From: Corallochytrium limacisporum Hawaii
Taxonomy: Eukaryota; Protista; Pluriformea
Assembly: GCA_002811645.1 (NCBI GenBank)
Contig: PDIP01000098.1
Coordinates: 108,917-172,916 of the forward strand
Reading direction: 5' to 3'
Length of the DNA: 64,000 nt
The translations under genes and the position numbers were made by a program. The notes under the pieces are model-generated. The model had not been told where the DNA came from, did not search any database, and saw only the letters and a list, made by a program, of their open reading frames with translations. This document shows positions 1 to 11,194 of this stretch, one piece after another; the stretch's first letter is position 1; each line of letters starts with the position of its first letter.

Positions 1-404
1 TCAAGAATTTGGTACGGGTCCCACAATTTCTCTTCCTCGTGCTCAAGAGTGCTAATGTAGAAGCTCAGACCAATAAATGCAGCCAGGCAAATCCAAAACA
101 TGTAGTCTTTCCAAGTCCAAGGCTTCTTGCGCATACTCCTGAAATAGCGCTGACGCTTCGCCTCGCAGTCTTCACAATTGCAGGGCTCTGCATCCAGCTC
201 CAATTCAGGATGCTTTTCCGCGAAGAGCAATTTCTTCACACGAGCCCAAACCGCAGGCAGTAAGGCCAACAAGAGGACGGTGTCCAAGAAGATGAGGAAC
301 TGGTACCCGGTCGAATCATACTCTCCGGCGGATCCCTGCTCTTCTTCGCCCGATCCCGAGCCGTCCCCGCCGGTGTTTTCTTCGAAATGTTCTTGCTCGG
401 ACAT
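1..404 (-). CDS. SEC63: Translocation protein SEC63, 5' part (runs off the window edge)
   Basis: Not in the ORF track; translated by hand from ATG at 404: MSEQEHF...EYDSTGYQFLIFLDTVLLLALLPAVW...CNCEDC...YMFWICLAAFIGLSFYIST...EEEKLWDPYQIL. This matches the Sec63 pattern: EYDxxG, TM1, CxC, TM2, then the J-domain start DPYxIL. Confidence 0.85.
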   Translation of the reverse strand, partial: MSEQEHFEENTGGDGSGSGEEEQGSAGEYDSTGYQFLIFLDTVLLLALLPAVWARVKKLLFAEKHPELELDAEPCNCEDCEAKRQRYFRSMRKKPWTWKDYMFWICLAAFIGLSFYISTLEHEEEKLWDPYQIL

Positions 405-1285
405 TGTGCAGTATGTACCGTTCCGAAACTGCACGACGACGCTTCTATGTCCCTCAAAAGACAGCGATACAGAGTTCGGGTACAAGCTGATTTGCTTAGC
501 TGATTTTCTTTGGTACCTTCAACTACGAATTCGTTGTTTGTGAAAAGTTCAATGCGCAGGCCTAAGTGCTTCCTACGTGCAGTCGACCTTGGGAACACTA
601 ACAAACAAAAATTTTGTGCATCCTGAATGATGTGGCCACACCGATCATTGCCATATGCAATGCTCCATCTATGTGCTTACATACTGTGTCACGCACTCTC
701 TCATACTGGGCCTTTTTGCAGTACAAATGTGCGGTTCCAAGTATTGTTTGGACGATCCATATGTACTTGGGTGGGGGCACCAAAGACTGTACCCCCTTCG
801 CATGCCCCCAGAGGCGGAGAGATAAAGAGAAAGTGACAACCAATGATTCGGGAAGGTTGTGGTACATTTAACATATGAATTTTGGAATCTGCACCTCACT
901 GATTTGGCGGATTTCTAATGGGTGGGGGCGCCTGCATAGAAATGCGACAACAACACAACAGAGCCTTTGCGCTATCAAGCAGGTCCCGCAGAGGGGGAGG
1001 GGGGGGCAGTGGAAAGGCGCGAGTTTGTTGAAATGAGAGGTGGCTGAGACCACCATTGGGCAGCCAGAGTGGGGAGAGGTGGTACGGACGCGGATTGGGA
1101 GGCTCACACTGACAACTGGGATGGCGGGTATGTGCATGGTATGAGAAGCACAAGGGTTGTCGATGCACACCAGTATGAACGGTTGGTTCTTCAAATGGAT
1201 TCTGATGTGATATATCGTGTCCGGGAATGAATACGATGTGAAATTTTTGGACCCAAAGCTGCGACTGACTAGCGTGAGGTTCAAT

Positions 1286-3619
1286 ATGGACCGTAAAGCA
1301 GAGCTTGAGAAGAAGCGCCGCAAGCTTGAAGAGCTGCGTAAGGCCAGGGAGGAGCGTCAGAAGGGCGGATCGTTGGCTGGCGGTCGACCGACATCGTCTC
1401 GGCCTCCGTCCTCGCGAATCGGAAGCGCAAGACGGCAAGAAGAACATAAGGTGCCAGATGAAGACGTGGACGCGCTCGTGGACGCGCTTGTGGGCCCTAA
1501 GGAGGAGCCTGAGCTGCTCGAGACAGACACTCCAGTGGAAAAGGAGGATCAGGAGGTGAAATCTTTCCCCATCAAGAAAAGAGAGTTCGTTCTGAGTCCT
1601 GTTCAAGTCGTAGCTGACATTGAACCGGAAGAAAAGATCTTCTACGACAAGGAGACCCAGACGGAAGAGTCTGCTCAAGCGGAGAACGTACCATCTACAG
1701 ATGGTCAGAGCCGTCCCAAGATGATTTTCGATGAAGACTCTGAGGATAGTGAGGATGAGGACCAGAGTGATGAGACAGACGTGAAGCTACAGCAGAACGC
1801 ACCAAGTAAGGTATTGACCCAAGGCCAGCCCGGCGCCGGGACCCAGGCCACCCCCACATTGACCGATGAGGATCGCAAGGCAGTGCAGGCCGCGCCAGAG
1901 TTCGCAGAATTTCTAAACAGCACCGTTCGGGCCATGGAGAAGGCACTGACTCTGAGCCGGTTGGACGGAGGTTTGCTGGACTTTGGTGCGGAACCCATGC
2001 AAGCTATAAGTGATGCAAAGGCAAAGTCTCTGGCCCAGCAGAAGCTCGCGGAGGAGGCTGCTGCTGGCCGTGGTGGCCACGACACGGAAGAGGTTGCCAC
2101 AGGCGATACCACTGTGAGCTTCTCGGGCCCGACCGTGCGCCATGGTACCCCTGCATCGATCAAGGAAGATGGAGGAGTCACAGACTTAGACTTCAGCGTT
2201 GATTTTCCTGGCCTCTTGCTGAGTGGTCATCGCCAGGGCGCCACGGATGACGACCTGACGGGTGGTGTGGTGAGCGTTTGGGGCAGTGTCCTGGTTGACA
2301 CGCCAGAGCGAGTGTTTGAGTGTGAAAGCGCTGTCAACGTAGCACAATTCACTGGTTTCCATCCGCAACTCATTGTTGGAGGTACTCACAGTGGACAGGT
2401 TGTGCTGTGGGACCTGCGCAGTCGCAGTCGAATGCCCGTACAGCGTACCCCACTGGGTGCGCCAGGCTGCCACACGTTCCCAATCTTTGGCATGAAGGGG
2501 TCCAAGATAAAGGGACTGAGCGCCACCGAACTTCATGACAACTCTCGGAATAGTTTGAATGAATTATGGACGACCTCTAGCGATGGACGTGTTTGCTGCT
2601 GGGACCTGGAGAATCTCGGCAAACCAGTGTCCAGTGTATTGGTAAACCGGGCCAGTGATGTGGAATCGATTTTGCGCACTCGTGGAGGTAGCGATCAAGG
2701 GGTAACAGTCGGATCCTCGTGCATGGCCCGCATGCAACTAAGCGGCGTTGATCAAGGCAGCACCCGTAGCAAAGTATCTTTCAGCGGCAGTCCTCTGGTC
2801 CTTGGTGGGCAAGATGGTCTCATCAGCGTCGTTAATGACAAAGCTGTACTTAGCATGGGATCCGCATCCGCCACCGGCCAGAACACGGCCTCGCGAGGCC
2901 AGACTATGTGGACCTCTGCAGACCTTAAGGGCCACGCTGGCCCAATTACGGCAGTGGCTGCCAACCCAAGCCCTGGCATGCTGGGAATGACCCGTCTTGG
3001 AACTTCCATGTCTTCCCGCTTGCGCGACATGGGTAACGAATACGACGACGGCTTTACTGCTATGGCAAGCGGTGCTGATGACACTGTATCTGCATCGTCT
3101 CTACTGCTGTCTGCATCTGTGGACTGGAACGTCGGCCTGTGGGTTGTGAACAACAACTCTACTGCGGCTGTCACTGGAACGGCCAGCGGACGCTCCGCCA
3201 ATACTGCTGGTGCTGGTGCGCCTGCAGCGGACCTTCTGGAGCCTGTGACTTTCATGGGCCTTGGAGACTACGTCACTGCTGTAGAGTGGTCACCTTCACA
3301 CCCGTCCGTGTTTGCGACAGCGGACGCGGAGGGCTGTGTGGCGATCTGGGACCTAGCCCGCAAGGGTGGTTTCGAGGGACCGGCACACAAGAGGTTCCTC
3401 AGCAGTGGTGGAGGTGTAGTTGCTCTTAACAGTCTACAGTGGAGCCCGGATGGTACATCTCTTGCGGTCGGCGACATCCACGGCCAGGTTTGCCGTTTGA
3501 ACGTAAACACGGCTGGTACGCAGACCAGCCAAGGCAACGCCGAGGGCGATGCGCAGGTAATGATGCGCCGTGTGTCTGAACTGGCCAAGCGCCGCCGATT
3601 GAATGCTCGCGCTGCTTAA
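1286..3619 (+). CDS. Cytoplasmic dynein intermediate chain (WD40)
   Basis: N-terminus MDRKAELEKKRRKLEELRKAREER, YDKETQT light-chain-binding motif, WD repeats (GGTHSGQVVLWDLR, SSDGRVCCWD, SASVDWNVGLW, VEWSPSHPSVFA). ATG 1286 preferred over the GTG at 1217. Confidence 0.92.
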   Translation: MDRKAELEKKRRKLEELRKAREERQKGGSLAGGRPTSSRPPSSRIGSARRQEEHKVPDEDVDALVDALVGPKEEPELLETDTPVEKEDQEVKSFPIKKREFVLSPVQVVADIEPEEKIFYDKETQTEESAQAENVPSTDGQSRPKMIFDEDSEDSEDEDQSDETDVKLQQNAPSKVLTQGQPGAGTQATPTLTDEDRKAVQAAPEFAEFLNSTVRAMEKALTLSRLDGGLLDFGAEPMQAISDAKAKSLAQQKLAEEAAAGRGGHDTEEVATGDTTVSFSGPTVRHGTPASIKEDGGVTDLDFSVDFPGLLLSGHRQGATDDDLTGGVVSVWGSVLVDTPERVFECESAVNVAQFTGFHPQLIVGGTHSGQVVLWDLRSRSRMPVQRTPLGAPGCHTFPIFGMKGSKIKGLSATELHDNSRNSLNELWTTSSDGRVCCWDLENLGKPVSSVLVNRASDVESILRTRGGSDQGVTVGSSCMARMQLSGVDQGSTRSKVSFSGSPLVLGGQDGLISVVNDKAVLSMGSASATGQNTASRGQTMWTSADLKGHAGPITAVAANPSPGMLGMTRLGTSMSSRLRDMGNEYDDGFTAMASGADDTVSASSLLLSASVDWNVGLWVVNNNSTAAVTGTASGRSANTAGAGAPAADLLEPVTFMGLGDYVTAVEWSPSHPSVFATADAEGCVAIWDLARKGGFEGPAHKRFLSSGGGVVALNSLQWSPDGTSLAVGDIHGQVCRLNVNTAGTQTSQGNAEGDAQVMMRRVSELAKRRRLNARAA

Positions 3620-4054
3620 TATTATGCAGCCATTCATGTGAGGTACATGTACATGTCTTGTTGACATAGAATGCATTAAATTTTGACATCATTACAGTTG
3701 GTTGCTTTAATGCATGGGCAGTTGTGCGTTGTTCCGCCCGGAGACTGTCACTGGTATGGCCCTCCCGTCCCCCTTCCCTCCCCGGGGGAACGGGCTGCCA
3801 AGGGCGGGTCTCAGCGGTAAGCGCGCGTGGCGCTTGAAGTGGTCTACGTAACCAATGTGGCCAACTTAGGAGCTCTGCTTTGGCACTGGCAGAGACGGAG
3901 TACGGGGGGTATTTACTATGCTTGTTTGGCAAATAGCTCAGTTGATTTAAAGAGACAATTGTCAGAGAACATGATAGAACGTTGGAGGTAGCATCTCAGG
4001 TAATATGAGAGTTACATAGATTGCCGTTCTCTGGGTCTGTGGCAGACCAAAGAC

Positions 4055-6382
4055 ATGGATAGGTGTACCATGGCCCCAACTGAGCAGCCCCGGTACGTCA
4101 GCGTACGCAGTGTGGACATTGACGGATACGGGCAATCCCATGGCTTGGACGGATTTTCGGCGATTCTCGGAAGAGCTTACTCAGAAATCAAAGCGGGCAG
4201 CGGAATACTGAAGAATACCCAATCTGTCACGTGGATGTCGAACTTTGAGACATGCGTAACCTTCCGTAAGGTTCTGCCAAAAGGCGTGTCGCCCAGTGCT
4301 ACAGTTCCCACGCCGTACTTTTCAAAAGGTAGCGCGGAGGAAAGTGCTGCATTGGCCATCTTGCACAGTCCGGCAGGCATGAGTGAACCGCATGAGTCTG
4401 AACTGTTCATGTCGATCATGGGGTGGTTGAAGGAGTTTATGGAGGCTGGTCAGTATGATATTCGGGTTGTCCAGGTTCCTGTGAGATCGAAACAGAACCA
4501 CATGGCCTATGTGCTGACAGGAAATAGTTACACAGCACTGGCTCTTCAGACCGATTTAGAGTCTCGCCTTTGGACGTCAGGCACATTCAAGCCCAAAGTC
4601 ATGCGGGGTACATGTCGCATGGTGGTACCGCAGCAGGTTGAGACTGTGCATCGCAGGGCGGAAGATGTGGGCATTGAGGGACTGGTATACAGTCCTCAGG
4701 TACTGTGCTGGGAAAAGTACGAGAGACTGAAACTGCCACGGGTGGACGGCAAGCATCTAGCTCCTTCGGAACGAGAGCTTGTCGAGTTCTTGGATGCAGA
4801 GCCGGCGGACGCCACTCCCGAAGCGCTACCCTGGATCAACAACATGCGACGTCGGGTTAAGCACTTTGGGTACGGACTCGATTACACGACACGGAGGATT
4901 GTCTCTGTAAAAGATCTGTACAGTCCAAGCGAGGGTAACAAAACTGGTCTTCCCGAAGGCCAATCTTTGCCTGCTATCTTTCGCAGCCTGCTCACATCGC
5001 TGGCAGCCCAGGGAGTGCTAACGGAAGAAGAAGTGGGACGCTTCAACCAAATTACTGTCAATGAGTACCCCCGTGGAGAGGGTATTCATCAGCACTCTGA
5101 TCTTCACTCCGTGTACGGTGACACATTGCTTGTTGTTAGCTTACTGAGCACTGCCATCATTGCATTCCGAAAGCCAACCGAGGGCGAGACCGGGGAGCAG
5201 ACTGTCAAGCATCTCTTTTTGGAACCGGGGTCAGCAGTTGTTATGCGTGGAGAATCTCGGTTTGGCTACACACACGGCATTCCTCTCCGCAAGGCAGACT
5301 ATGTCGACGGTCTGCGGCTAGAGCGGGGGGACCGACGCATTAGCATCATCTTTCGAGAGGTCCTGCTGCCTCCAAGGGACTGTGATTGCGCATACCCGCA
5401 GTGCTGTGATGCCCGTGGTGGACAATATGGTTCTGGAGCGCCACTCCATAGCGACGTGAACACGACAACAGCGCCCACATCCAGTGCTGGTGACGGTGCC
5501 ATCTCGAAGGCAGTCCCATTTCGCGTCCACGAAGCGGAGACTGTTGCGAATGGTGGTGTAGACCTGCCAGAGGTCGAACGAATCCATGTGCTTGATTTCT
5601 ATGAATCGTCTGCGGAGCACTTTTCACGGACGCGTCATAGCCCGTGGCCAGCTGTGCAGGAGTACATGGCCAACCTCGCACCCTATGCCGTGGTTCTGGA
5701 CGCAGGGTGTGGCAATGGAAGGCATCTGAAGTGCCTGCCAGGCGGCGAGGCTGGTGCCAAAGACTTTGTGCCCTTGGCAGGTGATATCAGCCTCAACTTA
5801 GCAGGCATCTCAGCCGGTCGGGGTTTTTTTGGCATGGGCTTAGATCACTGTAATATGAACCTGCGCTCCAATGTCTGCGATCATGCCACCAGCATTGCGG
5901 TTCTGCATCATATATCTACACCGGAGCGGCGTCTGCAAGCTTTGCAGGAACTGGTGCGTGTACTGAAGGTCGGCGGCGATGCCCTGATCACAGTGTGGGC
6001 CATTGAACAGGATCAGCAGAGTCGCTGGCGCTTTGAAGAGAAGGATATGCTCGTGCCTTGGATGGTGCCCCGGGAAATGCTGCAGGAGAATCCTTCTCGC
6101 AACAATGAAACAACGAAACCCAGCGGAACATCGGGGTCATCCGCAACTAGTGCAGAAGAGCGAGAAGCCCTTGCGAAAGCTGGTCGTATCAAAGATTTCG
6201 TTAAGGATCCGACCGGGACCCTCGAGAACGCCAACAAAGTTACGCTTCAGCGGTATTGCCATTTGTTTGAGGAAGGTGAACTTGAAGGCCTTTGCAGACA
6301 GCTTCCCAATGTTGAGCTCATGCGTGTCTTCTATGACCGGTCGAATTGGTGCGTACATCTGCGGAAGACTGTCAATGCATAA
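4055..6382 (+). CDS. ALKBH8: ALKBH8-like tRNA wobble-uridine modifying enzyme (AlkB dioxygenase + Trm9-type methyltransferase)
   Basis: RRVKHFGY, NQITVNEYPRGEGIHQHSD (HxD), YTHGI, RISIIFR, zinc motif CDCAYPQCCD, then FSRTRHSPWP, LDAGCGNG, SIAVLHHIST and RYCHLFEEGELE. Confidence 0.92.
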   Translation: MDRCTMAPTEQPRYVSVRSVDIDGYGQSHGLDGFSAILGRAYSEIKAGSGILKNTQSVTWMSNFETCVTFRKVLPKGVSPSATVPTPYFSKGSAEESAALAILHSPAGMSEPHESELFMSIMGWLKEFMEAGQYDIRVVQVPVRSKQNHMAYVLTGNSYTALALQTDLESRLWTSGTFKPKVMRGTCRMVVPQQVETVHRRAEDVGIEGLVYSPQVLCWEKYERLKLPRVDGKHLAPSERELVEFLDAEPADATPEALPWINNMRRRVKHFGYGLDYTTRRIVSVKDLYSPSEGNKTGLPEGQSLPAIFRSLLTSLAAQGVLTEEEVGRFNQITVNEYPRGEGIHQHSDLHSVYGDTLLVVSLLSTAIIAFRKPTEGETGEQTVKHLFLEPGSAVVMRGESRFGYTHGIPLRKADYVDGLRLERGDRRISIIFREVLLPPRDCDCAYPQCCDARGGQYGSGAPLHSDVNTTTAPTSSAGDGAISKAVPFRVHEAETVANGGVDLPEVERIHVLDFYESSAEHFSRTRHSPWPAVQEYMANLAPYAVVLDAGCGNGRHLKCLPGGEAGAKDFVPLAGDISLNLAGISAGRGFFGMGLDHCNMNLRSNVCDHATSIAVLHHISTPERRLQALQELVRVLKVGGDALITVWAIEQDQQSRWRFEEKDMLVPWMVPREMLQENPSRNNETTKPSGTSGSSATSAEEREALAKAGRIKDFVKDPTGTLENANKVTLQRYCHLFEEGELEGLCRQLPNVELMRVFYDRSNWCVHLRKTVNA

Positions 6383-6450
6383 GAGGATCGGTTTCATGAC
6401 ATTAACATAATGCATATCATATATATTCTTTAACTGCCAAAGCCCACCAC

Positions 6451-7527
6451 TTAACGCTTTCGCTTTGCCTTCTTTAAGTCGCCATGTCCGTCATCGCCCT
6501 TCTCAGTCTGCTCAGGCAGCAGACCCTTTTGCTCCGCCGCTTGTAACAATTTGCGCTTGGCGGTGGTGGCAGAGGCCTTCCACTTCGTCTGTTCTGTGGC
6601 CCAGCGCAGGGTCAAGTGGTACCGGCCGTCCATTAGCTGGTCCGCCAGCGCTTGCTTTGCAAATTCCGCATTGGTACGATGTTTGTAGTGGACGAAAGCA
6701 AAACTCTTTCCCTGACGATAATGAACTCTTTCGACAGTGCCAAATATCGAAAACTCACGCTCAAGCAGCGCGCTCATTGTCTCGACTGCTGCTTCACCCA
6801 TGCCCGTGACATAGAGTGCGTGACTCTCTGAAGTGAAGCTACCCACTCCGTAGCCATCTGCACGGTGATCATTATGCCGACTGCGACCGAAACAGTCTCT
6901 GGCCAAGTTTTGGCCAAGGATCTCACACTCCCATTCTCGAGGAACATGATGACGGTAGGTGCACCTACTACCCTGAATGCAGCAACCCCTGGCAAAGTGG
7001 AGACAGAAGAAGGTACGCTGACAGTCTGGGTCTGTACGATCCGCGCGTGTCCAACCTTCGTCCCGTTCTGGGTTGCATCGGGTCAACGCTAAGCCAACCC
7101 TGCGGTTCTTGTCGTTGCCCACAAATGTATTGTACCAGATATTGTAGTCATGCGGACCTTGGGGTTTATGGTGCGTGGTGGAACCATCGACTCCTTGCTT
7201 CCGGGCCTGCCCCTTGGCAGCTTGGGTTCGGGCGGGCTTGTCGAAACTGATCTTTGGTGGATCTTTAGTGAAATTTTTGGCTTCTTCATTTTCATTTCCC
7301 CGAGATGTGCCTGTGGCCTGTTTGGAAAGTTTGTCGACCGCGTCCACTGTGTTCTCCTGCGTGTCGTCCGTAGGTGGCGGTCCAGTCACTGTCATATCAT
7401 CGTAGCCATCAGGCTTCGTCCATTGTGTCTCTGCCGTGGCTGCGTCGTAGTAGTATTCCTGTCCACTTCCTGGATCTGTATATTTGTAATAGCGCCAAGC
7501 GCGGACCTCATCCGCGTCGGCCGCCAT
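6451..7527 (-). CDS. CWC2: Pre-mRNA splicing factor Cwc2-like (Torus/CCCH zinc finger + RRM) with an N-terminal WW domain
   Basis: YNIWYN, RCNPERDEGWTRAD, FCLHFARGCCIQGSRCTYRH, DCFGR...GVGSF, RRM (LYVTG...FAFVHY...AEFAKQAL...LRWA). N-terminal WRYYKYTDPGSGQEYYYDAATAETQWTKP is a WW domain. Confidence 0.88.
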   Translation of the reverse strand: MAADADEVRAWRYYKYTDPGSGQEYYYDAATAETQWTKPDGYDDMTVTGPPPTDDTQENTVDAVDKLSKQATGTSRGNENEEAKNFTKDPPKISFDKPARTQAAKGQARKQGVDGSTTHHKPQGPHDYNIWYNTFVGNDKNRRVGLALTRCNPERDEGWTRADRTDPDCQRTFFCLHFARGCCIQGSRCTYRHHVPREWECEILGQNLARDCFGRSRHNDHRADGYGVGSFTSESHALYVTGMGEAAVETMSALLEREFSIFGTVERVHYRQGKSFAFVHYKHRTNAEFAKQALADQLMDGRYHLTLRWATEQTKWKASATTAKRKLLQAAEQKGLLPEQTEKGDDGHGDLKKAKRKR

Positions 7528-8908
7528 GTTCGTGGGTCTTCCACAACCGTCGCATGTGAGAACAGAGTCCTCAGAATAATCTACAGAACCCGGAAAGGGT
7601 ACGAATGCAGCGAGATCTTTATTGGCAAACGTACGCTCATATCAGGACCATCTTACTTGTTTGAACCGTACACTGCAGCCCACTCGGCCTCAACTACCCG
7701 GAACCTTTCTGACCAGCCCGGCGGCGAGACCCACCGCACGGGGTCAGTCCCGAGGGCGCACTCTCTCTCGCTCTCTCCCGCTTTGGGGGGGGGGCATTTG
7801 CCAATTTGTATAATGATGTTTAATTAGGTTATCGGTTTTATTCCTGCCCCCCTGTTTTCCCCGGCGGGGAGCCACCTTTGACCAAAAAAGACCTGCGCAG
7901 TGCGAGGTGTGTGCTGGGTTTTTGGGTGGGGGTACTTGGGTATACCGCGCGCAAGTGTGTGAGTTTGTGCGGCGCTGGGTGTGCGTGTGCGTGTGTGTGT
8001 GTGTTTGTGGAGAGATTTTCTATGCGGTACCGGGAGCCCCAGGCTTTGTGTGAGAGTTTTTTTGCTTTCCATTCTTTGTGTCTTTGGTATTCTTTTTTGG
8101 GGAAGGGGGGGGGAGGGGCGCGCAGGGGAGTTCTTCGGTTTTTCTTTTATTTCTCCAGCCGGGACTGGAAACGGACACAGCGCCGGCCAAAAACTCGGTA
8201 CAAAAACTAAGGAAATCACGAAAGGCTTGCCACCGACCCACCCCCGCGAAGGCCGGGGGGGGGACCGTTTCGTTTTTCGTCTTTTTTTTTGTGTTGGTTC
8301 GGGAAAAAAATGGGCGACAGTTTTTTTTTCCCTGTTTCTTTCTTTTTTTTTTCCTTATTTTGGCCCTGCGCGCTGTTGTCCCCTTACGCACCACCGTCAG
8401 CACCGGCCCTGTCTCCAGAGGCCGTTTCCGAGGGCGGGTGGTCAGCAACGGGGACCCACAGGCAACACCGGGCAAAAGGGTGGTGAATAGAGCGGAGGTA
8501 GGGGGGTCTGTGTGTGTGTGTTTGGCTCTCGTCACCCCAGGAACCGAAAAGGGAAAAAAAAGAAAAAAATTGCAGAAAAAAAATAAAACCGTGGAGGGGT
8601 TGGCACGCATTGATGAGAGTGGGAGCATGGGAGACCGGTATGTTTTATACTGAAATTGCTGTGCAGTGGCAGGGATCAAGAGACACGGACCCCAAGGATC
8701 CGATCGGTTTGTCTGACTCGGGCGGGGAGAGGCTACGGCACCAGGATATGTACCGAGGCATGGAGCACGGTTGGGAGTGTGATCGAGCGTACGAATGCGT
8801 TCCGATGGTCTGTTGTTTCTTTATCTCCTTTCTTCCCTACGCACACTAGCGCAAAGAGTTTTGGGTTGCGTGTGTGTAGTTTAACATGCATGTGACCAGA
8901 CAATGGGG

Positions 8909-8916
8909 TATTTAAA
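8909..8916 (+). promoter_or_regulatory. TATA-like element (TATTTAAA) upstream of GCDH
   Basis: About 105 bp upstream of the ATG and followed by an A-rich leader. Confidence 0.35.
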
Positions 8917-9021
8917 CGAGCAACAACAGAATATAATCATGGATAAGGAAAACATTGTGCCATTGCCTGTAAAGAAACAACCGTATTCACAAGCCATACA
9001 GCGTAGGGCACTCAGGTAAAC

Positions 9022-10401
9022 ATGACCGTCCTTCTGCAGCAAAGTGCCCGCTCCATAAAGACAGGAGCTGGCTTGAGGCCTTTGGTCCCGGCCCTGCTTA
9101 ACCAGAGCCGTACTCTTGTAAAGAGCTCCGATAAGGCCACCGGTGGTGCGGCTTCCATGGGTGTTGATGACATCCACGATGGTGTCGAACCGGCACCGAC
9201 CAAATTTGTTGCGTTCAATTGGGAAGATCCTCTGCGTCTGGATACTCTGTTAACTGAAGATGAGCAGATGATGTCGCAGACGGCGCATGACTACGCGCAG
9301 TCCAAAATGATGCCCCGGATCAAGGAGGCGAATAGGCTGGGTGTCTTTGATCGGGAGATCTTCCGTGAGATGGGTGCGCTTGGTTTACTGGGATCATTCG
9401 TGCACGGCTACGGCTGTGCAGGAGGTTCCTCCGTAGCTTACGGTCTGATTGCACGTGAGATTGAAGCAGTCGACTCTGCATACCGCAGTGCAATGTCCGT
9501 GATTAGCTCTCTGGTAATGTACCCGATTTACTCCTACGGTTCTGAAGAGCAGCGCCAGAAGTTCCTCCCCGGGCTGGCCTCGGGTGACTTGATAGGTGCT
9601 TTTGGTCTGACTGAGCCGAACCATGGCTCTGATCCGGGAAGTATGGAGACCAAAGCCGTTAAGCAGTCTGACGGTAGCTACAAGCTGTCCGGCACTAAGT
9701 CCTGGATCACCAACTCGCCGTTTGCGGACGTCTTTGTGGTATGGGCTAAGGAGATTGATCCCAAAGCTTCTAAGCCCGGCCCCATCAAGGGCTTCCTTAT
9801 CGAAAGGGGCGCTGATGGCCTCGCGACACCAGACCTGAACAGTGGCAAGTTTTCCCTCCGCGCCTCCAATACTGGACAGATTGTCATGGAGGAAACACCT
9901 GTATCTGCCAACATGGTCCTTCCCAACGTTGAGGGCCTGAAGGGTCCCTTCGGCTGCCTCAGCTCCGCGCGTTATGGTATCGCTTGGGGTGCCATGGGTG
10001 CAGCCGAGTTCTGTTTCAAACACACGCGCCAATACGCTCTAGACCGTCAGCAATTTGGCAACCCTCTGGCGTCCACACAGTTGATCCAGAAGAAGTTTGC
10101 TGATATGCTGACGGAGATTGCGCTTGCGAATACCGCCAATGTTCAAGTTGGTCGGCTGAAAGACCAAAGTATTGGTAGCCCCGAAATGATTTCCATTCTG
10201 AAACGCAACAACGCGGGCAAAGCCCTGGCTATTGCTCGCGAATGTCGTGACATTCTGGGAGGCAACGGGGTCAGTGATGAGTACCACGTCATTCGCCATG
10301 TCATGAACCTCGAGGCCGTTAACACGTATGAAGGTACCCATGATGTACATGCTCTCATTCTTGGCCGGGCCATTACGGGCATCCAGGCCTTCAGCCACTG
10401 A
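9022..10401 (+). CDS. GCDH: Glutaryl-CoA dehydrogenase, mitochondrial
   Basis: [65 protein letters not shown]; basic N-terminal presequence. Confidence 0.96.
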   Translation: MTVLLQQSARSIKTGAGLRPLVPALLNQSRTLVKSSDKATGGAASMGVDDIHDGVEPAPTKFVAFNWEDPLRLDTLLTEDEQMMSQTAHDYAQSKMMPRIKEANRLGVFDREIFREMGALGLLGSFVHGYGCAGGSSVAYGLIAREIEAVDSAYRSAMSVISSLVMYPIYSYGSEEQRQKFLPGLASGDLIGAFGLTEPNHGSDPGSMETKAVKQSDGSYKLSGTKSWITNSPFADVFVVWAKEIDPKASKPGPIKGFLIERGADGLATPDLNSGKFSLRASNTGQIVMEETPVSANMVLPNVEGLKGPFGCLSSARYGIAWGAMGAAEFCFKHTRQYALDRQQFGNPLASTQLIQKKFADMLTEIALANTANVQVGRLKDQSIGSPEMISILKRNNAGKALAIARECRDILGGNGVSDEYHVIRHVMNLEAVNTYEGTHDVHALILGRAITGIQAFSH

Positions 10402-10594
10402 TCGCACACTGATCAACACCTCGCGGTGTCCATCCATGTTTGAACTTTTTATATTTGAGCTTTAGATCCTCTCATATTCTGCAATTGGAATAAAACTCTG
10501 GCAGACAGACAAGTGACCAAGACTGAAAATAAAATATGTATTTCAATTGCGGTTTCCTTTTTTTTTACATTCGTTAAGACGGCTTCTCATGTCC

Positions 10595-11194
10595 TCATGC
10601 TACGGCATGCTCCGGCAATGGCAAGAGGACCCCAGAACTGGAGCCATTCGATGTTGCCGACCCGTTCTCGGCTGCTTCTGCCTCAACCGTTGCCACTTCG
10701 TCGTCGATTTCTGCCTCGTTAACCTCCTGATAGATAGTAGAAGTTCCATCTGCGATTCTGTTACTCCGTGCAGCACGAATTGCCAGAATGGTTTTCACCA
10801 GGAAGAACGCCGTGCCGGTCACCGTAAATGCCAAAATTGCACACGCCGCCAGAAAGAGGACCCGCCTCAGCCCCCGTGTGCTCTTGACAACGGCGGTTTG
10901 GAGTGCTTCAGCCATTCGGTCCGCCAGAAGCAAATCCCTCTTGTTCTGTGACTCGACCATGGTCTTTCTTAATTGATCCTGCCCTCCAGCAATTCGTTCC
11001 AGTCTGGGCACAAGCTCTGCCAATGCACGATTCACGGCCATGTCCATGCTGCCCGGGCCAGCCCCTGCAGCAGCAGCAGCTGCTGCTGCCTTGGCTTGCT
11101 CCGCATCTTTCCCAGATCCAGTCAGCTGCGAAAAGACCCGCGTCGCAGCTTCCTGTACAATCATGGCCACTATTTTATCACTGCCTGGTATCAT
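10595..11194 (-). CDS. Hypothetical single-pass membrane protein (helical/coiled-coil N-terminal part, acidic C-tail)
   Basis: ATG at 11194 in a gcaaaaATG context; poly-Ala linker; hydrophobic segment VLFLAACAILAFTVTGTAFFLV; TATATAAAT about 75 bp upstream; tail-to-tail with GCDH like the other gene pairs. Confidence 0.7.
   Translation of the reverse strand: MIPGSDKIVAMIVQEAATRVFSQLTGSGKDAEQAKAAAAAAAAGAGPGSMDMAVNRALAELVPRLERIAGGQDQLRKTMVESQNKRDLLLADRMAEALQTAVVKSTRGLRRVLFLAACAILAFTVTGTAFFLVKTILAIRAARSNRIADGTSTIYQEVNEAEIDDEVATVEAEAAENGSATSNGSSSGVLLPLPEHAVA

Noticed and set aside
896-1678. Antisense or alternate-frame ORFs overlapping real genes (also 9394-10032, 33634-34251, 53757-54386, 59789-60379)
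   Set aside because: Shadow ORFs produced by the codon bias of the sense-strand genes.
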